64,000 nt of DNA from an uncultured cyanobacterium (GTDB lineage: Bacteria > Cyanobacteriota > Cyanobacteriia > Pseudanabaenales > Pseudanabaenaceae). The stretch spans positions 2,240,001-2,304,000 of the forward strand of contig OY969811.1 of NCBI GenBank assembly GCA_963703315.1, given 5' to 3'. The translations under genes were made by a program, and so were the position numbers. The notes below the pieces were generated by a model, which worked only from the letters and a program-made list of their open reading frames with translations, ran no database searches and had not been told where the DNA came from. This document shows, in pieces, positions 39,351-49,001 of this stretch. Within the stretch, counting starts at the first letter, position 1, and every line of letters starts with the position of its first letter.

Positions 39351-39755
39351 ATGAATTTGACTTTCTCTCCATCCCAAATATTGTTGTATGGTGTGGCGAT
39401 CGCAGGGGGACTAATATATTTACCCTATCTCGTAGTTGCCTATGCGCGGGTCAGTATTGGTATTGATTTGAATGCGCCCAGAGCGATGTTCGATCGCTTA
39501 CCCGACTATGCTAAACGCGCAACATGGGCGCACCAAAATTCCTTTGAAGTATTTGGACTATTTACGGCGGCAGCTCTGACTGCCTATGTCACCAATTCTA
39601 GTTCAGATAAAACTTCGCTGTATGTATTAGCTTTTTTAATCGCAAGGGTTCTATTTAGCTTGTTCTATATTATTGATATACCTCTATTGCGATCGCCGAT
39701 GTGGGCAATCAGTATGGTCTGTATTGGCAGTCTTTTTGCTACAAGCCTTTGGTAA
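39351..39755 (+). CDS. MAPEG family protein
   Basis: PRAMFD.LPDYAKRATWAHQNSFE; ATG at 39351 preferred because the longer ORF begins inside the IS. Confidence 0.9.
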   Translation: MNLTFSPSQILLYGVAIAGGLIYLPYLVVAYARVSIGIDLNAPRAMFDRLPDYAKRATWAHQNSFEVFGLFTAAALTAYVTNSSSDKTSLYVLAFLIARVLFSLFYIIDIPLLRSPMWAISMVCIGSLFATSLW

Positions 39756-39786
39756 AAGAGAAGCGGTGCAAAGCACCGCTTCTCTC

Positions 39787-41484
39787 TTATGGTCTAATTG
39801 ACTCAATTCTGGCAGTTAGACCTTGTTGCGCGAGACGCGACACTTGTACTTCGGCAATGCGGCGATCGCTATAGGCTCCAATCTGGACAACTAGATAGCC
39901 ATTCAGTCGAGAAGGAAAGGAGTTTGGCACAATCTGACGGACTTGGGCAACAGCATTAGGAGAAGAGACGGGAACAACCACACGATAGCGCGGTGGTGTT
40001 TGGGGGGTAAGACTAGTATTAGCAAGGGGAGCAATTTGGATTGGTTGATTGACGGGTTCGCCACTTGGTGGCACTTTTCGGACAGGCGGTAAGCTAGGAA
40101 TAATTTCAGTATTGGTTGGAAGAGATGCATTTAATTCTCTAGGGGCAATTCTGACGATTATAGAAGTCACAGGCTCATACCAAAAAGGGCTATTGGTGAC
40201 ATTTCCTTGATTACTTGGAAGTAAACTAGTCGAGTTATTAAAATTAGATGTAAGATTGCTTGGCTGACTGGTAGCGATCTGTTGAGAAAGTTGTTGGTTG
40301 ATATTGGCAAAGCGATCGCTTTTTGGTGCTGGGGATACAGTTGACGATGCATTCTTAGCGGTATCTTTGGGAACGATAGAAGTTACTGTATTTGTAGCTG
40401 TTACCTTTGCTGAAGGATTATTTGCAAATAAATTGGATGGCGGACGCACACTCAATAATTGCAAACTTCCCTTTACTCTCTTAATGTCCAATTGATTACC
40501 AATTACAGCAATCTTATTCCGACTCACATTTTGTAAATCAAATGTGCCATTGCCTTGAAATGTATTGTTGCCATCATCATTGGGTTTGCCCAGATCGGGC
40601 TTTGCGGAATCCGAAATCGTTAAGCCATAACTTCGATTATTAACGATCGCATTGCCGCGCAAAACTGGTTTAGCATCAGCTTGAATTAACAATCCATTCT
40701 GATTTTGAGTGAAAGTATTTTCGGTGAGTTGTGGTGCTGACTCTTGACGGATGCTCATCCCAAATGTGGTTTGCTGAAACAGATTGCCGCGAATATCAGG
40801 ACTAGCTTCTCCTTCAATTGCTAACCCACTAGTACCATTGCGAAAGAATTGATTTGTTGAAATAATCGCCGTTGATTTGCCTGTAATTAAGCCACCATCT
40901 TGCTTATTATCCAGAAAAGTATTATTAGCGATCGCAGGGCTAGCATTCTCAATCCAAATTCCATAACCTCTAGAGTTCGGATTGGTTACGGTCACGCCGC
41001 GCAGTTCTGATTGTTCACCGAAGGCGATCGCCACATTTTGTGGAAATCCTGATCCCGTGCGTAAAGTTCCTCCACCAAAGATAATGCTATCTCTGCCCTT
41101 ATTCGCTTCGTTACCACGTAGAGTTACATTTGCTGGTAGCTTAATCGGAAACTTTTCTCCTGTTGCTTGGCTATAGGTTCCATTGGCTAATTGAATAATT
41201 TGTCCAGACTGTACGCGGCTGATTGCGTAGGTGATCGTCTTCAAAGGCGCGATATTCGTTCCTTGTTCGGGGCGATCGCTACCTGTTTGCGGATTTACAT
41301 AAATGATATTTTGAGTAATATTCGGGGTGGCTTGATTATTAGTTTGTTGACTCTGGGGTGTTTGAGATTGAGCGATCACGGGTGTGGCGATCGCTAAGCT
41401 AGGCGACAAGATGATCACAGGAAGCAACCCGATAAAGTCTTGAAAAATAAAGCCTTGAAATGTCTTACGAATGCTCATTTTCAT
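39787..41484 (-). CDS. DUF1565 beta-helix protein with C-terminal SPOR-like domain
   Basis: YVNP..GSD, PLKTIT.A, GTYS..TGEKFPI, parallel beta-helix repeats, VQIGAY. Confidence 0.8.
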   Translation of the reverse strand: MKMSIRKTFQGFIFQDFIGLLPVIILSPSLAIATPVIAQSQTPQSQQTNNQATPNITQNIIYVNPQTGSDRPEQGTNIAPLKTITYAISRVQSGQIIQLANGTYSQATGEKFPIKLPANVTLRGNEANKGRDSIIFGGGTLRTGSGFPQNVAIAFGEQSELRGVTVTNPNSRGYGIWIENASPAIANNTFLDNKQDGGLITGKSTAIISTNQFFRNGTSGLAIEGEASPDIRGNLFQQTTFGMSIRQESAPQLTENTFTQNQNGLLIQADAKPVLRGNAIVNNRSYGLTISDSAKPDLGKPNDDGNNTFQGNGTFDLQNVSRNKIAVIGNQLDIKRVKGSLQLLSVRPPSNLFANNPSAKVTATNTVTSIVPKDTAKNASSTVSPAPKSDRFANINQQLSQQIATSQPSNLTSNFNNSTSLLPSNQGNVTNSPFWYEPVTSIIVRIAPRELNASLPTNTEIIPSLPPVRKVPPSGEPVNQPIQIAPLANTSLTPQTPPRYRVVVPVSSPNAVAQVRQIVPNSFPSRLNGYLVVQIGAYSDRRIAEVQVSRLAQQGLTARIESIRP

Positions 41485-41958
41485 GTACAGATTGCTTCCT
41501 TTGCCTTATGTGAAATTTTTAGAATTGCTGAATAGAATAGTGGTTGGCTCAAATAACTGAGACTAATACCAAATCCGATTTAGATAGTTTAGAGTGGCAG
41601 TGCTTTGCACCGCCACTCTAAACTATCTTTTTGGGTAGGAATTAAGTGGACAACCTAATTCTTAAGAATCATAAAGTACCTTACGTTTCTAGAAATAGCA
41701 AGAGTTACAAAAAGGCTAAACAAGGTGCTAAAAGCAGGGCAACCACATAAAAAAGGCAGTAAAATCAAGAGAAAAGAAATAAAGTAAAGCTGCAATAAAT
41801 AGTGCGATCAAAGTCAGGTGGGGTTGGGCGAGTAAACCCGCAACAACTGCAAAACAGATTCCTCCTCCTCAGTGCAGTAAGAGAAATCAGGGCTTGCAGA
41901 CTTTTAGTAGCACATCGCATATCTACATTAAAATTAAAGTTAAAGCTAAATAAATAGG

Positions 41959-43041
41959 TTGTCAAAATTGGGACATACTAACGACAGGTCACCTAAAACT
42001 GCATCTACAGTAAACACCACAACCCTTAATCTGCAAACAAGACCATTTGCCCCCTTAGAAGTACAGGAAGAAACTTCTCAAAAGCAAGATTCTACAACAA
42101 GTGGTAAGCCTAGAGTTTCTGAAAATCTGTTAGAAAAACTAATTAGTACGCCAATATCTGAATCTAGTCAGCCAATTCAAAGACAGATGTCAGGTGGGAA
42201 TCGTTTGAAAGCGAGCAGAGACGTGAAAGGGGGATTTCAAAATCAATCAATTCAACGGCAAGAAGCTTTAGAAGAAGAACAGGTAGAAAAAGAACAGGCA
42301 ACATCATCTGAAGAATTCTCCATGAACCCTGAACCACCACCGATCCAAAGGCAAGGTTTTGGTGGAAATCGCTTGAGAATGAAGTCACTGATTCAGAGAG
42401 ATGGTGATGAAACGACCAATAAACCTGCCGAAGAACCTGCAAAAAAGGAGGAACTACATCAAGATGTAGGCAAGAAATTTCTTTTTAAACTCTACGAAGA
42501 GGCAGCCGTCGCTAAAGTAGAGTTCGATCCGATCGTCTCTAGTATTGCTTCTATGACAAATGGCACTGCAAAAATACCCAAATTAAAAGACCAAAATACA
42601 GCAGTGGGAAAGAGTGAAGGCGAATATGGTGGAGATCATTCTCGACTTGTTGATATTTGTCGAGCTTCAATCATTTACAATAGCTATAAAGATTTGATGG
42701 AAGGGCTAGGTAAATCCAAGGAAATGATAACTCTTGTGCGGGAAAAAAATCGATTTGCCGAGCCAACTCTTGCAGGATATCGAGACATTTTATTGAATGT
42801 CAGACTCTCTAACGGTCATATTGCCGAACTTCAATTGCATTTACAGCAAATAATGGATGTCAAAAATGGAGTTGGGCATAAGCTCTACGAGGAGGTTCGC
42901 TCAATTGAACGTGCGGCAAAAGAGGCAGCAAGAGCCTTAACTCCAGAGGAAGCAGCTAAGGTCGATCAACTTCTCGAAGAGTCAAGAATTCATTATGATG
43001 CTGCTTTTGAAAAGTCGCAGAGTCCTGATAAAGCTACTTAA
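41959..43041 (+). CDS. RelA/SpoT synthetase-like (nucleotidyltransferase) domain protein with low-complexity N-terminus
   Basis: LK....A..K, DICRAS, GYRDILLN, AELQLH synthetase motifs; N-terminal LQTRPF and repeated IQR(Q). Confidence 0.7.
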   Translation: MSKLGHTNDRSPKTASTVNTTTLNLQTRPFAPLEVQEETSQKQDSTTSGKPRVSENLLEKLISTPISESSQPIQRQMSGGNRLKASRDVKGGFQNQSIQRQEALEEEQVEKEQATSSEEFSMNPEPPPIQRQGFGGNRLRMKSLIQRDGDETTNKPAEEPAKKEELHQDVGKKFLFKLYEEAAVAKVEFDPIVSSIASMTNGTAKIPKLKDQNTAVGKSEGEYGGDHSRLVDICRASIIYNSYKDLMEGLGKSKEMITLVREKNRFAEPTLAGYRDILLNVRLSNGHIAELQLHLQQIMDVKNGVGHKLYEEVRSIERAAKEAARALTPEEAAKVDQLLEESRIHYDAAFEKSQSPDKAT

Positions 43042-43093
43042 ACTAAGCGTATAGCAATCTTTTATAAAATCAAAATAGCATAGAGAAAACAAA

Positions 43094-43324
43094 ATGGATT
43101 TGCCTAAGTATTTTATTGTTGGAAGAAGACCCGTTAAATTAATCAAGCCCGAAGCAGGCGGAATGGATGTACTAGCATATAACTGGGAAACAGGAGAATT
43201 TCAAAGAGAAATGGGTTATTTGACGACTGTTCTCATGGGAGAAGGCGATGTAGATCAGGTTTCCGAACAGGAATTCTGTCAGCTTGTGATCGAACTGCAA
43301 ACGGAATTGCAAAACAAAGAATGA
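43094..43324 (+). CDS. Small hypothetical protein, putative immunity/antitoxin partner
   Basis: 76 aa, acidic, co-oriented 52 bp downstream of the RelA/SpoT-domain gene. Confidence 0.55.
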   Translation: MDLPKYFIVGRRPVKLIKPEAGGMDVLAYNWETGEFQREMGYLTTVLMGEGDVDQVSEQEFCQLVIELQTELQNKE

Positions 43325-43334
43325 CAAGCCTTCA

Positions 43335-44186
43335 TTAGCCTTTTACGCCGATACTTGCATCTGTAGGGATGATATAACGTTGGAGAAATATAAACACGAT
43401 AAATACTGGGAGCATCGAAATTGCTGAACCTGCGGCAATTAAGCGCCAATCCTCAGAAAAAGCACTGGCAAGACTGGCAATTCCCCTCGGCAAAGTATAA
43501 AGCTCGGCTTTATCCACGATCGCTAAAGGCCAGAGAAAATCGCCCCACATGGCAACAAAGGTAAAGACAGCCAAAGTGGTCAAGGCAGGACGTGCCGCAG
43601 GTAACATGACGTGCCACCAAATTCCCAAACTAGAGCAACCATCCATACGGGCGGCTTCTTCCATTTCTTTAGGAACACTTTGGAAAGCTTGGCGTAATAG
43701 AAATATGCCAAAAGCAGAGATAACATAAGGGAAAATCAAGCCAGCATAGGTATTTTTGAGTTGTAGCTGCACTGCCAAGATATACAGAGGAATCATCGTG
43801 ATTTGGAAAGGAATCATCGTCGTACCCACGATCGCCCAAAAGATGGCATCTCGTCCTTTAAAATCTAGTCTGGCTAGGGGAAATGCCGCAAGGGAGCAGA
43901 ACAGTAAGTTTAAAATTACGGTGATGCTAGAAACAAAAAAGCTATTCCAGAGATAAAGATCAAAACGAGAATTTTTCCAAACCTTAATGAAATTCTCAAA
44001 AGTTGGTTGGGCGGGTAATAGCTGAGGTACAGCTTGAAAAATATTTTCGGTGGGTGACTTGAAAGCAGTACTCACCAGCCACAGGAGTGGAAATACGGTT
44101 AAAGTAGCGATCGCTATTAAAACTATAAATTGCAAAGTATTTTGCAATTTATGCGGTGACGATATTTTTCGACCTTTTTTCTGCAT
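43335..44186 (-). CDS. Carbohydrate ABC transporter permease (MalG-type)
   Basis: FPLLW..STAFK, FGIFLLRQ.F..VP.EMEEAARMDG (EAA loop), WGDFLWP. Confidence 0.9.
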   Translation of the reverse strand: MQKKGRKISSPHKLQNTLQFIVLIAIATLTVFPLLWLVSTAFKSPTENIFQAVPQLLPAQPTFENFIKVWKNSRFDLYLWNSFFVSSITVILNLLFCSLAAFPLARLDFKGRDAIFWAIVGTTMIPFQITMIPLYILAVQLQLKNTYAGLIFPYVISAFGIFLLRQAFQSVPKEMEEAARMDGCSSLGIWWHVMLPAARPALTTLAVFTFVAMWGDFLWPLAIVDKAELYTLPRGIASLASAFSEDWRLIAAGSAISMLPVFIVFIFLQRYIIPTDASIGVKG

Positions 44187-44211
44187 GATATAGCAATGAT
44201 GACAATTTTTT

Positions 44212-45558
44212 ATGAATTTAGATACCATCCTACGCAGTCGCTATCACATTCAGCAATGCCTAAGCAGTAATCAAATTGGGGCGATCGCTTTATCAATATA
44301 TCTCGCAGAAAATTTAGAGATCCCAATTACACCTAAGCCGCTATGTGTGATTTACTCTTGGCAAGTTACAGAATCAGAACCTAATGAACATAAATTTGAC
44401 CATCACGAGATCGCCACTAGATTATATGAAATTGGTCAAAATTACACCTTAGCGCCAAAAGTACAGGCTTTCTTTGATGAAGAAGGCTATTACTGTTTAG
44501 TACGTGAATATTTAGAAGGCTACGCCTATTTAGAAGAATTTAATCAAGAATTTAGCCAGAAACTTTCAGCAAATATCAATGATTCAGATCTAGCTAATAA
44601 TGAGCCAAAAAATTCTCATATTTCCACATTAAAAGCTTTGCCTATGCTCCAATCTCTAACAAAATCCATCGCAAGTATCCCTCAGCTTAATCGTCGGCAA
44701 TTGTTAACTAACACTGGGGCAGCGATCGCAGGGTTTGCTTTTGCCATATTTTTAGAAAAACTCAAACCTCAGCCCCAGCCAATTGTCATCGTGGAAACGG
44801 CTAAGGTTCCTGAACCTCCTAGCGATCCGATTAAAAGAAGGGACAAAGCCTTTCGAGATGATTTCGGCAATAGTATTTATTTAGAAATGGTGCGAATTCC
44901 ATCGGGAAAATTTACAATGGGTTCACCAACTACAGAAGTAGGCAGACGCGACAATGAATCACCATTAGTGGAAGTAAATGTCAATGCTTTCTATATGGCA
45001 AAATTCGCCATCACACAGGAACAATGGTTCACGATTATGGGTAGCAATCCATCAGGATTTCGGGAAAGTCTGCAAGCCCCTATCGAAAATATCTCTTGGT
45101 TAGACGCACAGGATTTTTGTCGAAAATTAGCAGCGCGATCGCCCTATCTTTACAGTTATCGCTTACCCAGTGAAGCAGAATGGGAATATGCCTGTCGGGC
45201 TGGTACAAATACTGCTTACCATTTTGGTGATAGTCCTGCTCAATTATCAGATTATGCTTGGTTTGCTGATAACTCCAATAAGCGATCGCAACCTGTCGGA
45301 CAGAAAGTTCCGAATCCTTGGGGGCTTTACGAAATGCAGGGTGGTATTTGGGAATGGTGCGAAGATGCTTGGCATGACAATTTCAAGGGCGCACCTGCGG
45401 ACGGTTCAGCATGGCTAGATGAGAACTCAGGGCGCAGGGTACGCAAGGGTGGCTCATGGAGTAATGAAGCCCGATTATGTCGAGCAGCCAGTCGCGAGTG
45501 GCATTGGCAAGGCGATCGCTACAACGACATTGGCTTTCGCGTGGTTATTTCTGCTTAA
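44212..45558 (+). CDS. Formylglycine-generating-enzyme (SUMF1) domain protein with degenerate kinase N-lobe
   Basis: LEMV.IP.G.F.MGS, RLPSEAEWEYACRAG, PNPWGLYEM.G..WEW, KGGSW, IGFRVV. Confidence 0.85.
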   Translation: MNLDTILRSRYHIQQCLSSNQIGAIALSIYLAENLEIPITPKPLCVIYSWQVTESEPNEHKFDHHEIATRLYEIGQNYTLAPKVQAFFDEEGYYCLVREYLEGYAYLEEFNQEFSQKLSANINDSDLANNEPKNSHISTLKALPMLQSLTKSIASIPQLNRRQLLTNTGAAIAGFAFAIFLEKLKPQPQPIVIVETAKVPEPPSDPIKRRDKAFRDDFGNSIYLEMVRIPSGKFTMGSPTTEVGRRDNESPLVEVNVNAFYMAKFAITQEQWFTIMGSNPSGFRESLQAPIENISWLDAQDFCRKLAARSPYLYSYRLPSEAEWEYACRAGTNTAYHFGDSPAQLSDYAWFADNSNKRSQPVGQKVPNPWGLYEMQGGIWEWCEDAWHDNFKGAPADGSAWLDENSGRRVRKGGSWSNEARLCRAASREWHWQGDRYNDIGFRVVISA

Positions 45559-45686
45559 GCGGACAATCCAGAGAAATTTTGGAAAGCGCCGCTTCGCGGC
45601 GCTTTCCAAAATTTCTCTGGTTTTTTATTCAGCGCAAAGCGTTGTAATGTGACGTAATATTAAGTCTGGAGCCACTCAACCGCAAT

Positions 45687-46463
45687 ATGAACGCTAGTCA
45701 ATCTACTGAACCCGATCGCCAAATTTCGCAAAACCTAATCCTTGAAGCCCGTAACATCGTGGCAGGATATGTGGAAGGGGTAGATATTCTGCAAGGTGCA
45801 AATTTATCGGTCTATGAAGGCGAACTCGTGACTGTGATTGGTTCCAATGGGGCAGGAAAATCCACCTTTGCCAAAGCCATATTTGGTTTAGTACCAGTGC
45901 GATCGGGGGAAATATTATTTGGCGATCGCAACTTGATTGGACTAAAACCAGAACAAATCGTCCGATTAGGCATTAGCTATGTTCCCCAAATCGCCAATGT
46001 GTTTCCATCGTTGAGTATTTCTGACAATCTCGATATGGGGGCTTACACTAGTGATGGCAACATCAAAGAACTTAAGGAAAAAATCTATACAACTTTCCCC
46101 GTTTTAGCGAAGCGTCGTCAGCAGAGGGCAGGGACGCTATCGGGAGGAGAGAGACAAATGCTGGCAATGGGACGAGCCATGATGCTCGAACCTAAATTAC
46201 TAATTCTGGATGAGCCTTCAGCCGCCCTATCACCGATTTTGGTACAGGATATTTTTAATTTGATTCAACAAATCAATCAATCAGGAACATCTGTTATTTT
46301 GGTGGAGCAGAATGCCCGTAAAGCTCTGGCGATCGCCGATCGTGGTTATGTGATGCATTTAGGTAAAGATGAATTTACGGGCAAGGGTACAGATTTACTC
46401 ACTGATCCTGAAGTTGCCGAGCTATATCTAGGTGTGGGTAATTTTGGTAAACCTGCTCCATAA
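45687..46463 (+). CDS. Branched-chain amino acid ABC transporter ATP-binding protein (LivF-like)
   Basis: GSNGAGKS, LSGGERQMLAMGRA, LDEPS, LVEQNA. Confidence 0.9.
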   Translation: MNASQSTEPDRQISQNLILEARNIVAGYVEGVDILQGANLSVYEGELVTVIGSNGAGKSTFAKAIFGLVPVRSGEILFGDRNLIGLKPEQIVRLGISYVPQIANVFPSLSISDNLDMGAYTSDGNIKELKEKIYTTFPVLAKRRQQRAGTLSGGERQMLAMGRAMMLEPKLLILDEPSAALSPILVQDIFNLIQQINQSGTSVILVEQNARKALAIADRGYVMHLGKDEFTGKGTDLLTDPEVAELYLGVGNFGKPAP

Positions 46464-46536
46464 ATCGATAGACTGTTGATACTGAGTGACATTGATTCAC
46501 GCCAAGATTAAGATCAAATTAAGGCTAGAAAACTAT

Positions 46537-48054
46537 ATGGCGGTAACCGAGATCAAACTTTCGCTAGATGAGTTAACCAAAGCTCAAGCGGGTTTACTTC
46601 AGTTAGGTTTGTATGATGGTGAAGTGGATGGTATCTATGGCAGACTAACGGAAAAGGCGTTTGTCCAATTTGCCAATGCCCTCAGCATTGATACAATTTT
46701 GGATGCTAATTCTCAAGCAATTACCAATAACCTTTTGCAAATCCCTGCTGTGGTTCGGCATATCTTAGCAATTGTGGGAGATGGCGATCGCCTTTTTCAG
46801 AAATTTACAAATACTCAGCGTGTTTCCGTCAATATGGGGCAAGCCGATTCCAACCACCTTTGCTTTCTTGATCGCGGAGTCAATGGTTGCGAAGCGGGAT
46901 CAATGAGTGATTTACCAAGTCGTAACTTTGCCCCATCGCCATTGTTAAGCAGTATTCCTGCTTACCCTGATCGCCTTGCGAGTTTACCTGATGGCGTAAA
47001 TGTCGTTTCCTACGGTGAGGTTGCCATGTTAGCAGGAACTCAAGTAAGGGTGCGATTTCGTCCTTATCCTGCCCTCGGACAAATCCCCAATATTGAAAAC
47101 ATCGGTTTAGAGTTTCTGCATAGCAGCATTCAAGAAGCTTGCATTTGCATAGGTACTACAGTCAATGGACAGATGTTAGCCCGTTGGATTGGGCGTAATC
47201 CTTTACGCAATGTTCAGTTTTGGAGTTCTACAAAAATATTGCCCTTGCTATACACCATTTGCAAAGCCAATCAAGTCAACCCCAATCAGGCGATCGCGAA
47301 TTTAGTCATTGCTGACGCTCAGGGCAAAAAATCACCGCGCACATTTTGGGAATTAGCACAGCGTATCTGTAGATATGATGAAGGTGATGGGATGACCTCA
47401 AATGGCTTATCGGCAATGTTTAAGCAATTTGCTACTCCCTTAGAACTACAAGATTGGCTCAAAAAAATCACAGGTAATCAAAAGCTATCTTTTCAGGGAC
47501 GCTATGGCGAAAGTCCTTATATCGAACAGCCAATTTTACGAGATGCCGCAGGTAAAAATATTCTTAATCCATCAAAAGAATTGCATCGTGGTGACAATCT
47601 GATTTCTGCATACGACTTGACGCGGATTGTTTCGCAAATAGCATGGCATCGACATATTCCTCCCACTAATCGCTTACCCAATGCCCAATGGCATAGTTTA
47701 AGTACCTTGATTAATGTCATGGGACAAGATACTGCTAGATATGTAGATACAGCGATCGCCGCTTTGGGATTACCATATTTTATGGATGCTCCTGTGGTGC
47801 TATCCAAAATGGGCTTTGGCTATAGCGATCAACGGAAACAATCTGAGCTTACCTATACAGCTTGTATTCAATTTGTTGATCGCCTTGCTCAAACCCATGA
47901 TCTACCCTTACCAAAGCTCCGCTCCGTAAGTATGACCCTAAGAGCAGCAATCAACTTACGAGATCCTGTTCAAGAATCCTTAGAAATTGATTCAAGAATG
48001 GCTGCCACAGTTGCTGAAATTTTGCGTAGGATTGTTACGGAAGAACTAATCTAG
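46537..48054 (+). CDS. Peptidoglycan-binding-domain protein with serine-hydrolase/beta-lactamase-like C-terminus
   Basis: LGLY.GEVDGIYG..T..A...F (PG_binding_1); WSSTK SxxK-like and KMG KTG-like motifs. Confidence 0.55.
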   Translation: MAVTEIKLSLDELTKAQAGLLQLGLYDGEVDGIYGRLTEKAFVQFANALSIDTILDANSQAITNNLLQIPAVVRHILAIVGDGDRLFQKFTNTQRVSVNMGQADSNHLCFLDRGVNGCEAGSMSDLPSRNFAPSPLLSSIPAYPDRLASLPDGVNVVSYGEVAMLAGTQVRVRFRPYPALGQIPNIENIGLEFLHSSIQEACICIGTTVNGQMLARWIGRNPLRNVQFWSSTKILPLLYTICKANQVNPNQAIANLVIADAQGKKSPRTFWELAQRICRYDEGDGMTSNGLSAMFKQFATPLELQDWLKKITGNQKLSFQGRYGESPYIEQPILRDAAGKNILNPSKELHRGDNLISAYDLTRIVSQIAWHRHIPPTNRLPNAQWHSLSTLINVMGQDTARYVDTAIAALGLPYFMDAPVVLSKMGFGYSDQRKQSELTYTACIQFVDRLAQTHDLPLPKLRSVSMTLRAAINLRDPVQESLEIDSRMAATVAEILRRIVTEELI

Positions 48055-48056
48055 AT

Positions 48057-48152
48057 ATAGCGGTAGCCAGTTATGTTAGGACAAATCCCAAACCCATTGA
48101 TAGAGTGGCGGCGCGAAGCGCCGCCACTCTATCAATGGGTTTGGCTAAGGCT
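48057..48152. repeat. Palindromic intergenic element
   Basis: tatagc...ttaggacaaat...aaacccattgatagagtggcggcgc-gaa-gcgccgccactctatcaatgggttt. Confidence 0.75.
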
Positions 48153-48164
48153 AGATTGGAATAC

Positions 48165-49001
48165 ATGATGCACAAAACGATGCCCAAAACTATGTCCAAG
48201 CAAAGTACTTTATCGGCTGTAGGTCTGTGGTGGCGCTGGGTACTAACAACCCTAGCGGGTGTAGTCATTGGTAATGTATTTGGGATTGCTGCTTGCCTCG
48301 CAGGAGTCTATTACCTCAGCGATCGCCTTGTGGCTTTAAATATCTGTAGTATCGGCTTTGGAAACCTCAATTGTCCTGTGGCAACTGGCATTATCAGTGG
48401 TGCGATATTCGTAGGTACATTTGTTGGCTTGATGCAATATTTAGTCTTGCGGAGATTTTTCAAGGCTCCTGCATGGTGGATTTTAGTCAGTTCCTTTGGT
48501 TGGACTTGGATTGGTTTTGCCGCCACCAGTTTAGCTTACACTTCTCAATTTGGGTTTGTGATTAATGCCGATGGCTCTTTTGCAGAGAGCAATATCATGG
48601 CGCGGATTCCTTTATTGATCATTAATTCGTTATGGCTAGTTTTCGCAGGAATCTGTTTAGGGGTGTTGCAATGGCTAGTCCTCTGGAGTGGTACGCGCCC
48701 CAAAATCCCTAAGCGGCGATCGCTTTGGTGGATTATAGTTAATGCTGTTTTGATCACGTTTGTGGCGATCGCCATTATGTCTATTTTTCGAGGCTGGGGA
48801 AGCTTACTGGGGATTTTCTGGTTTTTCTTGGGTTTCACTCCCTTTTATGCCACGATTACTGCTGCGACCCTTGTCAAAATACGCTTACACAAATTTGCCA
48901 ACCAATCGGCTCCAGAAGGAGGGATGATGCTGCCCTTAAGTGATGAAGTAATTAATGACTTAAACAACAAAACTTCTACACCGTCGCAACTAGAGAATTA
49001 A
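48165..49001 (+). CDS. Hypothetical multi-pass membrane protein
   Basis: Repeated G..Q(W/Y)LVL...WWI helical hairpins. Confidence 0.7.
   Translation: MMHKTMPKTMSKQSTLSAVGLWWRWVLTTLAGVVIGNVFGIAACLAGVYYLSDRLVALNICSIGFGNLNCPVATGIISGAIFVGTFVGLMQYLVLRRFFKAPAWWILVSSFGWTWIGFAATSLAYTSQFGFVINADGSFAESNIMARIPLLIINSLWLVFAGICLGVLQWLVLWSGTRPKIPKRRSLWWIIVNAVLITFVAIAIMSIFRGWGSLLGIFWFFLGFTPFYATITAATLVKIRLHKFANQSAPEGGMMLPLSDEVINDLNNKTSTPSQLEN

Noticed and set aside
41765..41965. 66-aa minus-strand ORF, or an ncRNA in the GC-richer patch at 41800-41900
   Set aside because: No recognisable protein motif, and I could not match it to SRP, 6S, tmRNA, RNase P or a riboswitch.
45430..45558. Diversity-generating retroelement
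   Set aside because: No reverse transcriptase and no second copy of this region in the window.
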